Source: an uncultured Bacilli bacterium
GTDB taxonomy: Bacteria; Bacillota_I; Bacilli_A; RF39; UBA660
Assembly (NCBI GenBank): GCA_947591455.1
Contig: CANQDC010000003.1
Location: forward strand, 1-52,388
Reading direction: 5' to 3'
DNA: 52,388 nucleotides
Positions 49,378 through 52,388 of this stretch are shown here, piece after piece (within the stretch, counting starts at the first letter, position 1; each line of letters opens with the position of its first letter). Made by a program: the position numbers and the translations under genes. Under the pieces are notes generated by a model, which did not search any database, had not been told where the DNA came from, and was given only the letters and a program-made list of their open reading frames with translations.

Positions 49378-49512
49378 TTAGATTTTTAAACAATGATTTA
49401 GGATAACGAAAAGGAAAAAGAGAATTTGAAAAACCATTCCCAGGATCATCATATAACCGTACTTGATCATTTTATGGATTTTCCTTTTTATTTTAGATAA
49501 AATGTTATTCAT
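49378..49512 (-). CDS. putative 44-aa single-TM protein
   Basis: ATG overlaps the upstream stop (TAATG); MNNILSKIKRKIHKMIKYGYMMILGMVFQILFFLFVILNHCLKI. Confidence 0.4.
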   Translation of the reverse strand: MNNILSKIKRKIHKMIKYGYMMILGMVFQILFFLFVILNHCLKI

Positions 49513-50162
49513 TATAAAGAACTCTTTCGAATAATATAGATTTGATTTTTCTTTTTAAAAGCATAAAAAACATCTTTTATTTGTAACCCCTTTTTAGCCA
49601 GTTCTTTCTCTAACCATGATTTATTTTTCTTAATATATTCCAGTGCTCGCATTTGAATTTCCCCATCTAAAATAACGGGCATAGGATAATTACTTTTTGT
49701 ATGAAAAAAATTATACTGAAAAATAGATAATTTTCCATTAGGTTCTAAGAAGGCATATTCTACATCTTCAATACTTTTAATTTCTTTCTGACGCAAACTT
49801 AAAAGAAGATCATCCATGCTATATCTTTGTCGAACCATTTCCTTATAATTAACATTTCCATTTACAATAATTAACGAAGGTTTCCCTCCAAATAAATTTC
49901 GAAATGTCCGCGATTTAATACTTACAAAAGCTAAGAACAATTCTAGAAAAACTAATAAAGCAATAGGTAAAATTGTTAAAAAAATAGAATCTTTAATATT
50001 TTCAATACTGATGGCCACTAATTCTGCAATTAGAATAGAAACAATTAAATCAATAATTCCCAGCTGACCAATTTCTCTTTTGCCCATAATTCGATAAGCA
50101 AGAACAATAAAGAAATAAAAAAATGTCGTCCGAAAAATGACAGAGAATAATTCCACTTTCAA
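49512..50162 (-). CDS. DUF421/YetF-family (YrbG-like) membrane protein
   Basis: RIMGKREIGQL, GKPSLII, LRQKEI, AFLEPNGKLS. Confidence 0.88.
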   Translation of the reverse strand: MKVELFSVIFRTTFFYFFIVLAYRIMGKREIGQLGIIDLIVSILIAELVAISIENIKDSIFLTILPIALLVFLELFLAFVSIKSRTFRNLFGGKPSLIIVNGNVNYKEMVRQRYSMDDLLLSLRQKEIKSIEDVEYAFLEPNGKLSIFQYNFFHTKSNYPMPVILDGEIQMRALEYIKKNKSWLEKELAKKGLQIKDVFYAFKKKNQIYIIRKSSL

Positions 50163-50177
50163 TCACCCTTTCAACTA

Positions 50178-50220
50178 TAGTATGGTACATTTCATATTTT
50201 TTTAATCATCTTCATACAAT
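50178..50220. promoter_or_regulatory. overlapping divergent sigmaG-like (-) and sigmaE-like (+) promoters
   Basis: Plus: TCATATT-N14-CATACAAT (50192-50220). Minus: TGATTA-N18-CATACTA (50208-50178). Confidence 0.6.
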
Positions 50221-50236
50221 AAATTAGGTGATTTTT

Positions 50237-50599
50237 ATGGAATTTATCAAAAAATATGGATTACTCTCTTTGATTTTTTTAGGAGCCTTTTTTATAGGAT
50301 CTTTCCTTCTAAGTATTCTTAATTATTTTTTACTAGCTAGCAAAACAACTCATATCATTGGCCTATTTTATTTACTTATCGTATGTATCGTTTTAAGTTT
50401 CTTAACTTCTAAAAAAAGCAATTCTAGAGGAATCATTACAGGATTAAAAAATGGATTTTTATTTATAGGGATTCTTCTTTTGATCAATCTTGTGTTTTTT
50501 CAAAGCTCCTTTAAATTTATGCGCCTATTTTATTACATAATTTTAGTATTTGCTAGTATTTTTGGTGCCATTTTCGGAGTCAATACCAAAAAAGAATGA
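50237..50599 (+). CDS. TIGR04086-family (YrzE-like) membrane protein
   Basis: Four TMs, SRGIITG, FGAIFGVN; syntenic position. Confidence 0.75.
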   Translation: MEFIKKYGLLSLIFLGAFFIGSFLLSILNYFLLASKTTHIIGLFYLLIVCIVLSFLTSKKSNSRGIITGLKNGFLFIGILLLINLVFFQSSFKFMRLFYYIILVFASIFGAIFGVNTKKE

Positions 50600-50612
50600 T
50601 CCCTTTCTAAAA

Positions 50613-50921
50613 TCATTCTTTTTCAATAAATTTAAAATTGTCTTGAGTATCAACATAAGAAGACTCATTATAAGCTTTTTTAGTTAAAGGATTAATCATG
50701 ACTTCTAAATCTGTTTTTTCATATAATTCATTTAAAGTAATTTCCTTATTAATACAAGATTCCGTATAATAACAATTTTTAGCAGTTTCAATAATCTTTT
50801 TCTCAGTGACAGCTATTAATCTTTCGTTATGTTTATGGACAGTTTTCATAATCGATGGAACAGCAATTAATAAGATTATCAGTAAAACTGTTCCATAAAA
50901 AATAATTTTATTTTTATTCAT
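50613..50921 (-). CDS. pilin-like small protein without prepilin cleavage motif
   Basis: TM ending LIAVPSI; IETAKNCYY, ITLNEL, INPLTKK. Confidence 0.6.
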   Translation of the reverse strand: MNKNKIIFYGTVLLIILLIAVPSIMKTVHKHNERLIAVTEKKIIETAKNCYYTESCINKEITLNELYEKTDLEVMINPLTKKAYNESSYVDTQDNFKFIEKE

Positions 50922-50938
50922 TTTCTTACCTCTTTTTA

Positions 50939-52066
<1,128 letters not shown>

Positions 52067-52185
52067 CTATATCTTTTTAATAATCAATTATTGTCAACAT
52101 TATAACATGTATACTTTTAGGTGTAAATTAATGAAAAAAACAATATTCGAATTGATATGAAGTTTTTGATTTTTAAAAAAGCATA

Positions 52186-52214
52186 TTGTACTATGAACAA
52201 ATGTCTGTTATGAT
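52186..52214 (+). promoter_or_regulatory. sigmaA-like promoter
   Basis: TTGTAC-N17-TATGAT with extended TG. Confidence 0.5.
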
Positions 52215-52284
52215 TATTTTAGGAATACTTAGTTAGTTTAGGTACTATTCTCTTTTACTTTTTAAAGTGGAAGGAGGTGACATT

Positions 52285-52377
52285 ATGAGAAAATCAGAGA
52301 AATATCTTTGCTCTATCATAATACTCCTTATTATTGTGATTTTAATCATATTAATAAAAATAGTACCAACTGTATAA
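52285..52377 (+). CDS. 30-aa hydrophobic peptide, type I toxin-like
   Basis: Not in the ORF track. Perfect RBS aaggaggtga; MRKSEKYLCSIIILLIIVILIILIKIVPTV. Confidence 0.6.
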   Translation: MRKSEKYLCSIIILLIIVILIILIKIVPTV

Positions 52378-52387
52378 GTCGGTACTA
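52354..52387 (-). terminator. terminator of a minus-strand transcript overlapping the peptide ORF
   Basis: Minus strand tagtaccgact-tatac-agttggtacta followed by tttttatt. Confidence 0.6.
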
Positions 52388-52388
52388 A

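Noticed and set aside
52131-52160. Tiny ORF MKKTIFELI after aggtg
   Set aside because: Only 9 codons in the tgt upstream region, with no other support.

Overview
AT-rich chromosomal window from a reduced-genome, low-GC Bacillota using the standard code (TGA ends spoVB, gatC and the TIGR04086-like gene; Trp is TGG). Gene order is a compacted Bacillus-like backbone, and GatA has a Mollicutes-like motif, suggesting an uncultured RF39-like Bacilli lineage (inference). The core comprises mtaB, rnhC, cvpA, trxA, uvrC, dnaG-rpoD-trmK, cls, pilB/pilC/pilD-like genes, mnmA, xerD, rarA, gpsA, 6S RNA-tcdA, a T-box-led hisS-asnS-aspS-gatCAB operon, dtd-rel-comN, spoVB and tgt. Sporulation genes with sigmaE/sigmaG-like promoters are present. 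No tRNA, rRNA, CRISPR array or transposase was seen. Most notable: (1) an inserted cassette of an XRE gene, three 17-bp palindromic operators and a secreted TasA-like/C-type-lectin protein resembling a DGR target; (2) an uncalled 48-aa Asn/Arg/Ser/Gln repeat peptide behind a sigmaG-like promoter; (3) several degenerate enzymes (RnfC/RnfD pair, Rel hydrolase site, thymidine kinase, sortase-like ORF); (4) a frameshifted RpoD-like sigma paralog ending the T-box operon; (5) a nonsense codon in tcdA; (6) a type I toxin-like small ORF; (7) a Cys-rich surface protein. All calls come from motif recognition by eye; no searches were run.
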